Positions 10,879 through 26,500 of a DNA stretch of 64,000 nucleotides are shown here, piece by piece. The DNA comes from Auanema rhodensis (lineage: Eukaryota; Animalia; Nematoda), in contig OZ059894.1 in assembly GCA_964057225.1 (NCBI GenBank), forward strand, positions 20,584,001 to 20,648,000, read 5' to 3'. The first letter of the stretch is position 1. Every line of letters starts with the position of its first letter. Made by a program: the position numbers and the translations under genes. The notes below the pieces were generated by a model. That model saw nothing but the letters and a program-made list of their open reading frames with translations, made no database searches and was not told where the DNA came from.

Positions 10879-12984
10879 AATGCACTGTACTACATTGAGA
10901 AACGCTTAATACAAAAATTAGTTATGATCGTTTGAAAAATGATGCATTAGTGTATGTTGAGTTTCCATGTACACTCAACATTGCTTCCAAAAACATTTTG
11001 ACAAAAATTTTTTCGGAAAATTTCAAAATAATTTAGCAAAAAGTAGATGTTTTTAGATTTCTTTTTTTAAGGTAAAGACGATGGACAATGTTATTCAACG
11101 AAAAAATTAACTCTTCAGGGTGAAAAGCGAGGATATAAGTGTGAACTTATATCAGTTGATATCTCGGTGCATTTTTAAGCTAGCGCAAATCTGATAACAC
11201 AGATCGACGCAGCTTAAAAATCCGCATCGAATGCACTGTACTACATTGAGAAACGCTTAATACAAAAATTAGTTATGATCGTTTGAAAAATGATGCATTA
11301 CTGTATGTTGAGTTTCCATGTACACTCAACATTGCTTCCAAAAACATTTTGACAAAAATTTTTTCGAAAAATTTCAAAATAAATTAGCAAAAAGTAGATG
11401 TTTTTAGATTCCTTTTTTCAAGGCAAAGACGATGGACAATGTTATTCAACGAAAAAATTAATTCTTCAGGGTGAAAATCGAGGATATAAGTGTGAACTTA
11501 TATCAGTTGATATCTCGGTGCATTTTTAAGCTAGCGCAAATCTGATAACACAGATCGACGCAGCTTAAAAATCCGCATCGAATGCACTATATTACATTGA
11601 GAACCGCTTAATACAAAAATTAGTTATGATCGTTTGAAAAATGATGCATTAGTGTATGTTGAGTTTCCATGTACACTCAACATTGCTTCCAAAAACATTT
11701 TGACAAAAATTTTTTCGAAACATTTCAAAATAATTTAGCAAAAAGTAGATGTTTTTAGATTTCTTTTTTCAAGGCAAAGACGATGGACAATGTTATTCAA
11801 CGAAAAAATTAACTCTTCAGGGTGAAAATCGAGGATATAAGTGTGAACTTATATCAGTTGATATCTCGGTGCATTTTTAAGCTAGCGCAAATCTGATAAC
11901 ACAGATCGACGCAGCTTAAAAATCCGCATCGAATGCACTATACTACATTGAGAAACGCTTAATACAAAAATTAGTTATGATCGTTTGAAAAATGATGCAT
12001 TAGTGTATGTTGAGTTTCCATGTACACTCAACATTGCTTCCAAAAACATTTTGACAAAAATTTTTTCGGAAAATTTCAAAATAATTTAGCAAAAAGTAGA
12101 TGTTTTTAGATTTCTTTTTTTAAGGTAAAGACGATGGACAATGTTATTCAACGAAAAAATTAACTCTTCAGGGTGAAAAGCGAGGATATAAGTGTGAACT
12201 TATATCAGTTGATATCTCGGTGCATTTTTAAGCTAGCGCAAATCTGATAACACAGATCGACGCAGCTTAAAAATCCGCATCGAATGCACTGTACTACATT
12301 GAGAAACGCTTAATACAAAAATTAGTTATGATCGTTTGAAAAATGATGCATTACTGTATGTTGAGTTTCCATGTACACTCAACATTGCTTCCAAAAACAT
12401 TTTGACAAAAATTTTTTCGAAAAATTTCAAAATAAATTAGCAAAAAGTAGATGTTTTTAGATTCCTTTTTTCAAGGCAAAGACGATGGACAATGTTATTC
12501 AACGAAAAAATTAATTCTTCAGGGTGAAAATCGAGGATATAAGTGTGAACTTATATCAGTTGATATCTCGGTGCATTTTTAAGCTAGCGCAAATCTGATA
12601 ACACAGATCGACGCAGCTTAAAAATCCGCATCGAATGCACTATATTACATTGAGAACCGCTTAATACAAAAATTAGTTATGATCGTTTGAAAAATGATGC
12701 ATTAGTGTATGTTGAGTTTCCATGTACACTCAACATTGCTTCCAAAAACATTTTGACAAAAATTTTTTCGAAACATTTCAAAATAATTTAGCAAAAAGTA
12801 GATGTTTTTAGATTTCTTTTTTCAAGGCAAAGACGATGGACAATGTTATTCAACGAAAAAATTAACTCTTCAGGGTGAAAATCGAGGATATAAGTGTGAA
12901 CTTATATCAGTTGATATCTCGGTGCATTTTTAAGCTAGCGCAAATCTGATAACACAGATCGACGCAGCTTAAAAATCCGCATCG
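10879..12984. repeat. Higher-order repeat: 3 monomers (1053 bp) x2
   Basis: The rare markers TTACTGTATG (~11301, ~12354) and TATATTACA with GAACCG (~11592, ~12645) recur at a 1053-bp offset. Confidence 0.85.
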
Positions 12985-15900
12985 AATGCACTATACTACA
13001 TTGAGAAACGCTTAATACAAAAATTAGTTATGATCGTTTGAAAAATGATGCATTAGTGTATGTTGAGTTTCCATGTACACTCAACATTGCTTCCAAAAAC
13101 ATTTTGACAAAAATTTTTTCGAAAAATTTCAAAATAATTTAGCAAAAAGTAGATGTTTTTAGATTTCTTTTTTCAAGGCAAAGACGATGGACAATGTTAT
13201 TCAACGAAAAAAATAATTCTTCAGGGTGAAAATCGAGGATATAAGTGTGAACTTATATCAGTTGATATCTCGGTGCATTTTTAAGCTAGCGCAAATCTGA
13301 TAACCCAGATCGACGCAGCTTAAAAATCCGCATCGAATGCACTGTACTACATTGAGAAACGCTTAATACAAAAATTAGTTATGATCGTTTGAAAAATGAT
13401 GCATTAGTGTATGTTGAGTTTCCATGTACACTCAACATTGCTTCCAAAAACATTTTGACAAAAATTTTTTCGAAACATTTCAAAATAATTTAGCAAAAAG
13501 TAGATGTTTTTAGATTTCTTTTTTTAAGGTAAAGACGATGGACAATGTTATTCAACGAAAAAATTAACTCTTCAGGGTGAAAAGCGAGGATATAAGTGTG
13601 AACTTATATCAGTTGATATCTCGGTGCATTTTTAAGCTAGCGCGAATCTGATAACACAGATCGACGCAGCTTAAAAATCCGCATCGAATGCACTATACTA
13701 CATTGAGAAACGCTTAATACAAAAATTAGTTATGATCGTTTGAAAAATGATGCATTAGTGTATGTTGAGTTTCCATGTACACTCAACATTGCTTCCAAAA
13801 ACATTTTGACAAAAATTTTTTCGAAACATTTCAAAATAATTTAGCAAAAAGTAGATGTTTTTAGATTTCTTTTTTCAAGGCAAAGACGATGGACAATGTT
13901 ATTCAACGAAAAAATTAACTCTTCAGGGTGAAAATCGAGGATATAAGTGTAAACTTATATCAGTTGATATCTCGGTGCATTTTTAAGCTAGCGCAAATCT
14001 GATAACACAGATCGACGCAGCTTAAAAATCCGCATCGAATGCACTATACTACATTGAGAAACGCTTAATACAAAAATTAGTTATGATCGTTTGAAAAATG
14101 ATGCATTAGTGTATGTTGAGTTTCCATGTACACTCAACATTGCTTCCAAAAACATTTTGACAAAAATTTTTTCGGAAAATTTCAAAATAATTTAGCAAAA
14201 AGTAGATGTTTTTAGATTTCTTTTTTTAAGGTAAAGACGATGGACAATGTTATTCAACGAAAAAATTAACTCTTCACGGTGAAAAGCGAGGATATAAGTG
14301 TGAACTTATATCAGTTGATATCTCGGTGCATTTTTAAGCTAGCGCAAATCTGATAACACAGATCGACGCAGCTTAAAAATCCGCATCGAATGCACTATAC
14401 TACATTGAGAAACGCTTAATACAAAAATTAGTTATGATCGTTTGAAAAATGATGCATTAGTGTATGTTGAGTTTCCATGTACACTCAACATTGCTTCCAA
14501 AAACATTTTGACAAAAATTTTTTCGAAAAATTTCAAAACAATTTAGCGAAAAGTAGATGTTTTTAGATTCCTTTTTTCAAGGTAAAGACGATGGACAATG
14601 TTATTCAACGAAAAAATTAACTCTTCAGGGTGAAAATCGAGGATATAAGTGTGAACTTATATCAGTTGATATCTCGGTGCATTTTTAAGCTAGCGCAAAT
14701 CTGATAACACAGATCGACGCAGCTTAAAAATCCGCATCGAATGCACTATACTACATTGAGAAACGCTTAATACAAAAATTAGTTATGATCGTTTGAAAAA
14801 TGATGCATTAGTGTATGTTGAGTTTCCATGTACACTCAACATTGCTTCCAAAAACATTTTGACAAAAATTTTTTCGGAAAATTTCAAAATAATTTAGCAA
14901 AAAGTAGATGTTTTTAGATTTCTTTTTTTAAGGTAAAGACGATGGACAATGTTATTCAACGAAAAAATTAACTCTTCACGGTGAAAAGCGAGGATATAAG
15001 TGTGAACTTATATCAGTTGATATCTCGGTGCATTTTTAAGCTAGCGCAAATCTGATAACACAGATCGACGCAGCTTAAAAATCCGCATCGAATGCACTAT
15101 ACTACATTGAGAAACGCTTAATACAAAAATTAGTTATGATCGTTTGAAAAATGATGCATTAGTGTATGTTGAGTTTCCATGTACACTCAACATTGCTTCC
15201 AAAAACATTTTGACAAAAATTTTTTCGAAAAATTTCAAAACAATTTAGCAAAAAGTAGATGTTTTTAGATTCTTTTTTTCAAGGTAAAGACGATGGACAA
15301 TGTTATTCAACGAAAAAATTAACTCTTCAGGGTGAAAATCGAGGATATAAGTGTGAACTTATATCAGTTGATATCTCGGTGCATTTTTAAGCTAGCGCAA
15401 ATCTGATAACACAGATCGACGCAGCTTAAAAATCCGCATCGAATGCACTATACTACATTGAGAACCGCTTAATACAAAAATTAGTTATGATCGTTTGAAA
15501 AATGATGCATTAGTGTATGTTGAGTTTCCATGTACACTCAACATTGCTTCCAAAAACATTTTGACAAAAATTTTTTCGAAACATTTCAAAATAATTTAGC
15601 AAAAAGTAGATGTTTTTAGATTTCTTTTTTCAAGGCAAAGACGATGGACAATGTTATTCAACGAAAAAATTAACTCTTCAGGGTGAAAATCGAGGATATA
15701 AGTGTGAACTTATATCAGTTGATATCTCGGTGCATTTTTAAGCTAGCGCAAATCTGATAACACAGATCGACGCAGCTTAAAAATCCGCATCGAATGCACT
15801 ATACTACATTGAGAAACGCTTAATACAAAAATTAGTTATGATCGTTTGAAAAATGATGCATTAGTGTATGTTGAGTTTCCATGTACACTCAACATTGCTT

Positions 15901-17547
15901 CCAAAAACATTTTGACAAAAATTTTTTCGGAAAATTTCAAAATAATTTAGCAAAAAGTAGATGTTTTTAGATTTCTTTTTTTAAGGTAAAGACGATGGAC
16001 AATGTTATTCAACGAAAAAATTAACTCTTCACGGTGAAAAGCGAGGATATAAGTGTGAACTTATATCAGTTGATATCTCGGTGCATTTTTAAGCTAGCGC
16101 AAATCTGATAACACAGATCGACGCAGCTTAAAAATCCGCATCGAATGCACTATACTACATTGAGAACCGCTTAATACAAAAATTAGTTATGATCGTTTGA
16201 AAAATGATGCATTAGTGTATGTTGAGTTTCCATGTACACTCAACATTGCTTCCAAAAACATTTTGACAAAAATTTTTTCGAAACATTTCAAAATAATTTA
16301 GCAAAAAGTAGATGTTTTTAGATTTCTTTTTTCAAGGCAAAGACGATGGACAATGTTATTCAACGAAAAAATTAACTCTTCAGGGTGAAAATCGAGGATA
16401 TAAGTGTGAACTTATATCAGTTGATATCTCGGTGCATTTTTAAGCTAGCGCAAATCTGATAACACAGATCGACGCAGCTTAAAAATCCGCATCGAATGCA
16501 CTATACTACATTGAGAAACGCTTAATACAAAAATTAGTTATGATCGTTTGAAAAATGATGCATTAGTGTATGTTGAGTTTCCATGTACACTCAACATTGC
16601 TTCCAAAAACATTTTGACAAAAATTTTTTCGGAAAATTTCAAAATAATTTAGCAAAAAGTAGATGTTTTTAGATTTCTTTTTTTAAGGTAAAGACGATGG
16701 ACAATGTTATTCAACGAAAAAATTAACTCTTCACGGTGAAAAGCGAGGATATAAGTGTGAACTTATATCAGTTGATATCTCGGTGCATTTTTAAGCTAGC
16801 GCAAATCTGATAACACAGATCGACGCAGCTTAAAAATCCGCATCGAATGCACTATACTACATTGAGAAACGCTTAATACAAAAATTAGTTATGATCGTTT
16901 GAAAAATGATGCATTAGTGTATGTTGAGTTTCCATGTACACTCAACATTGCTTCCAAAAACATTTTGACAAAAATTTTTTCGAAAAATTTCAAAACAATT
17001 TAGCAAAAAGTAGATGTTTTTAGATTCCTTTTTTCAAGGTAAAGACGATGGACAATGTTATTCAACGAAAAAATTAACTCTTCAGGGTGAAAATCGAGGA
17101 TATAAGTGTGAACTTATATCAGTTGATATCTCGGTGCATTTTTAAGCTAGCGCAAATCTGATAACACAGATCGACGCAGCTTAAAAATCCGCATCAAATG
17201 CACTATACTACATTGAGAACCGCTTAATACAAAAATTAGTTATGATCGTTTGAAAAATGATGCATTAGTGTATGTTGAGTTTCCATGTACACTCAACATT
17301 GCTTCCAAAAACATTTTGACAAAAATTTTTTCGAAACATTTCAAAATAATTTAGCAAAAAGTAGATGTTTTTAGATTTCTTTTTTCAAGGCAAAGACGAT
17401 GGACAATGTTATTCAACGAAAAAATTAACTCTTCAGGGTGAAAATCGAGGATATAAGTGTGAACTTATATCAGTTGATATCTCGGTGCATTTTTAAGCTA
17501 GCGGAAATCTGATAACACAGATCGACGCAGCTTAAAAATCCGCATCG

Positions 17548-20500
17548 AATGCACTATACTACATTGAGAAACGCTTAATACAAAAATTAGTTATGATCGT
17601 TTGAAAAATGATGCATTAGTGTATGTTGAGTTTCCATGTACACTCAACATTGCTTCCAAAAACATTTTGACAAAAATTTTTTCGAAAAATTTCAAAATAA
17701 TTTAGCAAAAAGTATATGTTTTTAGATTCCTTTTTTCAAGGCAAAGACGATGGACAATGTTATTCAACGAAAAAAATAATTCTTCAGGGTGAAAATCGAG
17801 GATATAAGTGTGAACTTATATCAGTTGATATCTCGGTGCATTTTTAAGCTAGCGCAAATCTGATAACCCAGATCGACGCAGCTTAAAAATCCGCATCGAA
17901 TGCACTGTACTACATTGAGAAACGCTTAATACAAAAATTAGTTATGATCGTTTGAAAAATGATGCATTAGTGTATGTTGAGTTTCCATGTACACTCAACA
18001 TTGCTTCCAAAAACATTTTGACAAAAATTTTTTCGGAAAATTTCAAAATAATTTAGCAAAAAGTAGATGTTTTTAGATTTCTTTTTTTAAGGTAAAGACG
18101 ATGGACAATGTTATTCAACGAAAAAATTAACTCTTCAGGGTGAAAAGCGAGGATATAAGTGTGAACTTATATCAGTTGATATCTCGGTGCATTTTTAAGC
18201 TAGCGCAAATCTGATAACACAGATCGACGCAGCTTAAAAATCCGCATCGAATGCACTATACTACATTGAGAAACGCTTAATACAAAAATTAGTTATGATC
18301 GTTTGAAAAATGATGCATTACTGTATGTTGAGTTTCCATGTACACTCAACATTGCTTCCAAAAACATTTTGACAAAAATTTTTTCGAAAAATTTCAAAAT
18401 AAATTAGCAAAAAGTAGATGTTTTTAGATTCTTTTTTTCAAGGCAAAGACGATGGACAATGTTATTCAACGAAAAAATTAATTCTTCAGGGTGAAAATCG
18501 AGGATATAAGTGTGAACTTATATCAGTTGATATCTCGGTGCATTTTTAAGCTAGCGCAAATCTGATAACCCAGATCGACGCAGCTTAAAAATCCGCATCG
18601 AATGCACTGTACTACATTGAGAAACGCTTAATACAAAAATTAGTTATGATCGTTTGAAAAATGATGCATTAGTGTATGTTGAGTTTCCATGTACACTCAA
18701 CATTGCTTCCAAAAACATTTTGACAAAAATTTTTTCGAAACATTTCAAAATAATTTAGCAAAAAGTAGATGTTTTTAGATTTCTTTTTTTAAGGTAAAGA
18801 CGATGGACAATGTTATTCAACGAAAAAATTAACTCTTCAGGGTGAAAAGCGAGGATATAAGTGTGAACTTATATCAGTTGATATCTCGGTGCATTTTTAA
18901 GCTAGCGCGAATCTGATAACACAGATCGACGCAGCTTAAAAATCCGCATCGAATGCACTATACTACATTGAGAAACGCTTAATACAAAAATTAGTTATGA
19001 TCGTTTGAAAAATGATGCATTAGTGTATGTTGAGTTTCCATGTACACTCAACATTGCTTCCAAAAACATTTTGACAAAAATTTTTTCGAAACATTTCAAA
19101 ATAATTTAGCAAAAAGTAGATGTTTTTAGATTTCTTTTTTCAAGGCAAAGACGATGGACAATGTTATTCAACGAAAAAATTAACTCTTCAGGGTGAAAAT
19201 CGAGGATATAAGTGTGAACTTATATCAGTTGATATCTCGGTGCATTTTTAAGCTAGCGCAAATCTGATAACACAGATCGACGCAGCTTAAAAATCCGCAT
19301 CGAATGCACTATACTACATTGAGAAACGCTTAATACAAAAATTAGTTATGATCGTTTGAAAAATGATGCATTAGTGTATGTTGAGTTTCCATGTACACTC
19401 AACATTGCTTCCAAAAACATTTTGACAAAAATTTTTTCGAAAAATTTCAAAACCATTTAGCAAAAAGTAGATGTTTTTAGATTCCTTTTTTCAAGGTAAA
19501 GACGATGGACAATGTTATTCAACGAAAAAATTAACTCTTCAGGGTGAAAATCGAGGATATAAGTGTGAACTTATATCAGTTGATATCTCGGTGCATTTTT
19601 AAGCTAGCGCAAATCTGATAACACAGATCGACGCAGCTTAAAAATCCGCATCGAATGCACTATACTACATTGAGAACCGCTTAATACAAAAATTAGTTAT
19701 GATCGTTTGAAAAATGATGCATTAGTGTATGTTGAGTTTCCATGTACACTCAACATTGCTTCCAAAAACATTTTGACAAAAATTTTTTCGGAAAATTTCA
19801 AAACAATTTAGCAAAAAGTAGATGTTTTTAGATTCCTTTTTTCAAGGCAAAGACGATGGACAATGTTATTCAACGAAAAAAATAATTCTTCAGGGTGAAA
19901 ATCGAGGATATAAGTGTGAACTTATATCAGTTGATATCTCGGTGCATTTTTAAGCTAGCGCAAATCTGATAACACAGATCGACGCAGCTTAAAAATCCGC
20001 ATCGAATGCACTGTACTACATTGAGAAACGCTTAATACAAAAATTAGTTATGATCGTTTGAAAAATGATGCATTAGTGTATGTTGAGTTTCCATGTACAC
20101 TCAACATTGCTTCCAAAAACATTTTGACAAAAATTTTTTCGGAAAATTTCAAAATAATTTAGCAAAAAGTAGATGTTTTTAGATTTCTTTTTTTAAGGTA
20201 AAGACGATGGACAATGTTATTCAACGAAAAAATTAACTCTTCAGGGTGAAAAGCGAGGATATAAGTGTGAACTTATATCAGTTGATATCTCGGTGCATTT
20301 TTAAGCTAGCGCAAATCTGATAACACAGATCGACGCAGCTTAAAAATCCGCATCGAATGCACTATACTACATTGAGAAACGCTTAATACAAAAATTAGTT
20401 ATGATCGTTTGAAAAATGATGCATTAGTGTATGTTGAGTTTCCATGTACACTCAACATTGCTTCCAAAAACATTTTGACAAAAATTTTTTCGAAAAATTT

Positions 20501-23500
20501 CAAAACAATTTAGCAAAAAGTAGATGTTTTTAGATTCCTTTTTTCAAGGTAAAGACGATGGACAATGTTATTCAACGAAAAAATTAACTCTTCAGGGTGA
20601 AAATCGAGGATATAAGTGTGAACTTATATCAGTTGATATCTCGGTGCATTTTTAAGCTAGCGCAAATCTGATAACACAGATCGACGCAGCTTAAAAATCC
20701 GCATCGAATGCACTATACTACATTGAGAACCGCTTAATACAAAAATTAGTTATGATCGTTTGAAAAATGATGCATTAGTGTATGTTGAGTTTCCATGTAC
20801 ACTCAACATTGCTTCCAAAAACATTTTGACAAAAATTTTTTCGGAAAATTTCAAAACAATTTAGCAAAAAGTAGATGTTTTTAGATTCCTTTTTTCAAGG
20901 CAAAGACGATGGACAATGTTATTCAACGAAAAAAATAATTCTTCAGGGTGAAAATCGAGGATATAAGTGTGAACTTATATCAGTTGATATCTCGGTGCAT
21001 TTTTAAGCTAGCGCAAATCTGATAACACAGATCGACGCAGCTTAAAAATCCGCATCGAATGCACTGTACTACATTGAGAAACGCTTAATACAAAAATTAG
21101 TTATGATCGTTTGAAAAATGATGCATTAGTGTATGTTGAGTTTCCATGTACACTCAACATTGCTTCCAAAAACATTTTGACAAAAATTTTTTCGGAAAAT
21201 TTCAAAATAATTTAGCAAAAAGTAGATGTTTTTAGATTTCTTTTTTTAAGGTAAAGACGATGGACAATGTTATTCAACGAAAAAATTAACTCTTCAGGGT
21301 GAAAAGCGAGGATATAAGTGTGAACTTATATCAGTTGATATCTCGGTGCATTTTTAAGCTAGCGCAAATCTGATAACACAGATCGACGCAGCTTAAAAAT
21401 CCGCATCGAATGCACTATACTACATTGAGAAACGCTTAATACAAAAATTAGTTATGATCGTTTGAAAAATGATGCATTAGTGTATGTTGAGTTTCCATGT
21501 ACACTCAACATTGCTTCCAAAAACATTTTGACAAAAATTTTTTCGAAAAATTTCAAAACAATTTAGCAAAAAGTAGATGTTTTTAGATTCCTTTTTTCAA
21601 GGTAAAGACGATGGACAATGTTATTCAACGAAAAAATTAACTCTTCAGGGTGAAAATCGAGGATATAAGTGTGAACTTATATCAGTTGATATCTCGGTGC
21701 ATTTTTAAGCTAGCGCAAATCTGATAACACAGATCGACGCAGCTTAAAAATCCGCATCGAATGCACTATACTACATTGAGAACCGCTTAATACAAAAATT
21801 AGTTATGATCGTTTGAAAAATGATGCATTAGTGTATGTTGAGTTTCCATGTACACTCAACATTGCTTCCAAAAACATTTTGACAAAAATTTTTTCGGAAA
21901 ATTTCAAAACAATTTAGCAAAAAGTAGATGTTTTTAGATTCCTTTTTTCAAGGCAAAGACGATGGACAATGTTATTCAACGAAAAAAATAATTCTTCAGG
22001 GTGAAAATCGAGGATATAAGTGTGAACTTATATCAGTTGATATCTCGGTGCATTTTTAAGCTAGCGCAAATCTGATAACACAGATCGACGCAGCTTAAAA
22101 ATCCGCATCGAATGCACTATACTACATTGAGAAACGCTTAATACAAAAATTAGTTATGATCGTTTGAAAAATGATGCATTAGTTTATGTTGAGTTTCCAG
22201 GTACACTCAACATTGCTTCCAAAAACATTTTGACAAAAATTTTTTCGGAAAATTTCAAAATAATTTAGCAAAAAGTAGATGTTTTTAGATTTCTTTTTTT
22301 AAGGTAAAGACGATGGACAATGTTATTCAACGAAAAAATTAACTCTTCAGGGTGAAAAGCGAGGATATAAGTGTGAACTTATATCAGTTGATATCTCGGT
22401 GCATTTTTAAGCTAGCGCAAATCTGATAACACAGATCGACGCAGCTTAAAAATCCGCATCGAATGCACTATACTACATTGAGAACCGCTTAATACAAAAA
22501 TTAGTTATGATCGTTTGAAAAATGATGCATTAGTGTATGTTGAGTTTCCATGTACACTCAACATTGCTTCCAAAAACATTTTGACAAAAATTTTTTCGAA
22601 AAATTTCAAAATAATTTAGCAAAAAGTATATGTTTTTAGATTCCTTTTTTCAAGGCAAAGACGATGGACAATGTTATTCAACGAAAAAAATAATTCTTCA
22701 GGGTGAAAATCGAGGATATAAGTGTGAACTTATATCAGTTGATATCTCGGTGCATTTTTAAGCTAGCGCAAATCTGATAACCCAGATCGACGCAGCTTAA
22801 AAATCCGCATCGAATGCACTGTACTACATTGAGAAACGCTTAATACAAAAATTAGTTATGATCGTTTGAAAAATGATGCATTAGTGTATGTTGAGTTTCC
22901 ATGTACACTCAACATTGCTTCCAAAAACATTTTGACAAAAATTTTTTCGGAAAATTTCAAAATAATTTAGCAAAAAGTAGATGTTTTTAGATTTCTTTTT
23001 TTAAGGTAAAGACGATGGACAATGTTATTCAACGAAAAAATTAACTCTTCAGGGTGAAAAGCGAGGATATAAGTGTGAACTTATATCAGTTGATATCTCG
23101 GTGCATTTTTAAGCTAGCGCAAATCTGATAACACAGATCGACGCAGCTTAAAAATCCGCATCGAATGCACTATACTACATTGAGAAACGCTTAATACAAA
23201 AATTAGTTATGATCGTTTGAAAAATGATGCATTACTGTATGTTGAGTTTCCATGTACACTCAACATTGCTTCCAAAAACATTTTGACAAAAATTTTTTCG
23301 AAAAATTTCAAAATAAATTAGCAAAAAGTAGATGTTTTTAGATTCTTTTTTTCAAGGCAAAGACGATGGACAATGTTATTCAACGAAAAAATTAATTCTT
23401 CAGGGTGAAAATCGAGGATATAAGTGTGAACTTATATCAGTTGATATCTCGGTGCATTTTTAAGCTAGCGCAAATCTGATAACCCAGATCGACGCAGCTT

Positions 23501-26500
23501 AAAAATCCGCATCGAATGCACTGTACTACATTGAGAAACGCTTAATACAAAAATTAGTTATGATCGTTTGAAAAATGATGCATTAGTGTATGTTGAGTTT
23601 CCATGTACACTCAACATTGCTTCCAAAAACATTTTGACAAAAATTTTTTCGAAACATTTCAAAATAATTTAGCAAAAAGTAGATGTTTTTAGATTTCTTT
23701 TTTTAAGGTAAAGACGATGGACAATGTTATTCAACGAAAAAATTAACTCTTCAGGGTGAAAAGCGAGGATATAAGTGTGAACTTATATCAGTTGATATCT
23801 CGGTGCATTTTTAAGCTAGCGCGAATCTGATAACACAGATCGACGCAGCTTAAAAATCCGCATCGAATGCACTATACTACATTGAGAAACGCTTAATACA
23901 AAAATTAGTTATGATCGTTTGAAAAATGATGCATTAGTGTATGTTGAGTTTCCATGTACACTCAACATTGCTTCCAAAAACATTTTGACAAAAATTTTTT
24001 CGAAACATTTCAAAATAATTTAGCAAAAAGTAGATGTTTTTAGATTTCTTTTTTCAAGGCAAAGACGATGGACAATGTTATTCAACGAAAAAATTAACTC
24101 TTCAGGGTGAAAATCGAGGATATAAGTGTGAACTTATATCAGTTGATATCTCGGTGCATTTTTAAGCTAGCGCAAATCTGATAACACAGATCGACGCAGC
24201 TTAAAAATCCGCATCGAATGCACTATACTACATTGAGAAACGCTTAATACAGAAATTAGTTATGATCGTTTGAAAAATGATGCATTAGTGTATGTTGAGT
24301 TTCCATGTACACTCAACATTGCTTCCAAAAACATTTTGACAAAAATTTTTTCAAAACATTTCAAAATAATTTAGCAAAAAGTAGATGTTTTTAGATTTCT
24401 TTTTTCAAGGCAAAGACGATGGACAATGTTATTCAACGAAAAAATTAACTCTTCAGGGTGAAAATCGAGGATATAAGTGTGAACTTATATCAGTTGATAT
24501 CTCGGTGCATTTTTAAGCTAGCGCAAATCTGATAACACAGATCGACGCAGCTTAAAAATCCGCATCGAATGCACTATACTACATTGAGAAACGCTTAATA
24601 CAAAAATTAGTTATGATCGTTTGAAAAATGATGCATTAGTGTATGTTGAGTTTCCATGTACACTCAACATTGCTTCCAAAAACATTTTGACAAAAATTTT
24701 TTCGGAAAATTTCAAAATAATTTAGCAAAAAGTAGATGTTTTTAGATTTCTTTTTTTAAGGTAAAGACGATGGACAATGTTATTCAACGAAAAAATTAAC
24801 TCTTCACGGTGAAAAGCGAGGATATAAGTGTGAACTTATATCAGTTGATATCTCGGTGCATTTTTAAGCTAGCGCAAATCTGATAACACAGATCGACGCA
24901 GCTTAAAAATCCGCATCGAATGCACTATACTACATTGAGAAACGCTTAATACAAAAATTAGTTATGATCGTTTGAAAAATGATGCATTAGTGTATGTTGA
25001 GTTTCCATGTACACTCAACATTGCTTCCAAAAACATTTTGACAAAAATTTTTTCGAAAAATTTCAAAACCATTTAGCAAAAAGTAGATGTTTTTAGATTC
25101 CTTTTTTCAAGGTAAAGACGATGGACAATGTTATTCAACGAAAAAATTAACTCTTCAGGGTGAAAATCGAGGATATAAGTGTGAACTTATATCAGTTGAT
25201 ATCTCGGTGCATTTTTAAGCTAGCGCAAATCTGATAACACAGATCGACGCAGCTTAAAAATCCGCATCGAATGCACTATACTACATTGAGAACCGCTTAA
25301 TACAAAAATTAGTTATGATCGTTTGAAAAATGATGCATTAGTGTATGTTGAGTTTCCATGTACACTCAACATTGCTTCCAAAAACATTTTGACAAAAATT
25401 TTTTCGGAAAATTTCAAAACAATTTAGCAAAAAGTAGATGTTTTTAGATTCCTTTTTTCAAGGCAAAGACGATGGACAATGTTATTCAACGAAAAAAATA
25501 ATTCTTCAGGGTGAAAATCGAGGATATAAGTGTGAACTTATATCAGTTGATATCTCGGTGCATTTTTAAGCTAGCGCAAATCTGATAACACAGATCGACG
25601 CAGCTTAAAAATCCGCATCGAATGCACTGTACTACATTGAGAAACGCTTAATACAAAAATTAGTTATGATCGTTTGAAAAATGATGCATTAGTGTATGTT
25701 GAGTTTCCATGTACACTCAACATTGCTTCCAAAAACATTTTGACAAAAATTTTTTCGGAAAATTTCAAAATAATTTAGCAAAAAGTAGATGTTTTTAGAT
25801 TTCTTTTTTTAAGGTAAAGACGATGGACAATGTTATTCAACGAAAAAATTAACTCTTCAGGGTGAAAAGCGAGGATATAAGTGTGAACTTATATCAGTTG
25901 ATATCTCGGTGCATTTTTAAGCTAGCGCAAATCTGATAACACAGATCGACGCAGCTTAAAAATCCGCATCGAATGCACTATACTACATTGAGAAACGCTT
26001 AATACAAAAATTAGTTATGATCGTTTGAAAAATGATGCATTAGTGTATGTTGAGTTTCCATGTACACTCAACATTGCTTCCAAAAACATTTTGACAAAAA
26101 TTTTTTCGAAAAATTTCAAAACAATTTAGCAAAAAGTAGATGTTTTTAGATTCCTTTTTTCAAGGTAAAGACGATGGACAATGTTATTCAACGAAAAAAT
26201 TAACTCTTCAGGGTGAAAATCGAGGATATAAGTGTGAACTTATATCAGTTGATATCTCGGTGCATTTTTAAGCTAGCGCAAATCTGATAACACAGATCGA
26301 CGCAGCTTAAAAATCCGCATCGAATGCACTATACTACATTGAGAACCGCTTAATACAAAAATTAGTTATGATCGTTTGAAAAATGATGCATTAGTGTATG
26401 TTGAGTTTCCATGTACACTCAACATTGCTTCCAAAAACATTTTGACAAAAATTTTTTCGGAAAATTTCAAAACAATTTAGCAAAAAGTAGATGTTTTTAG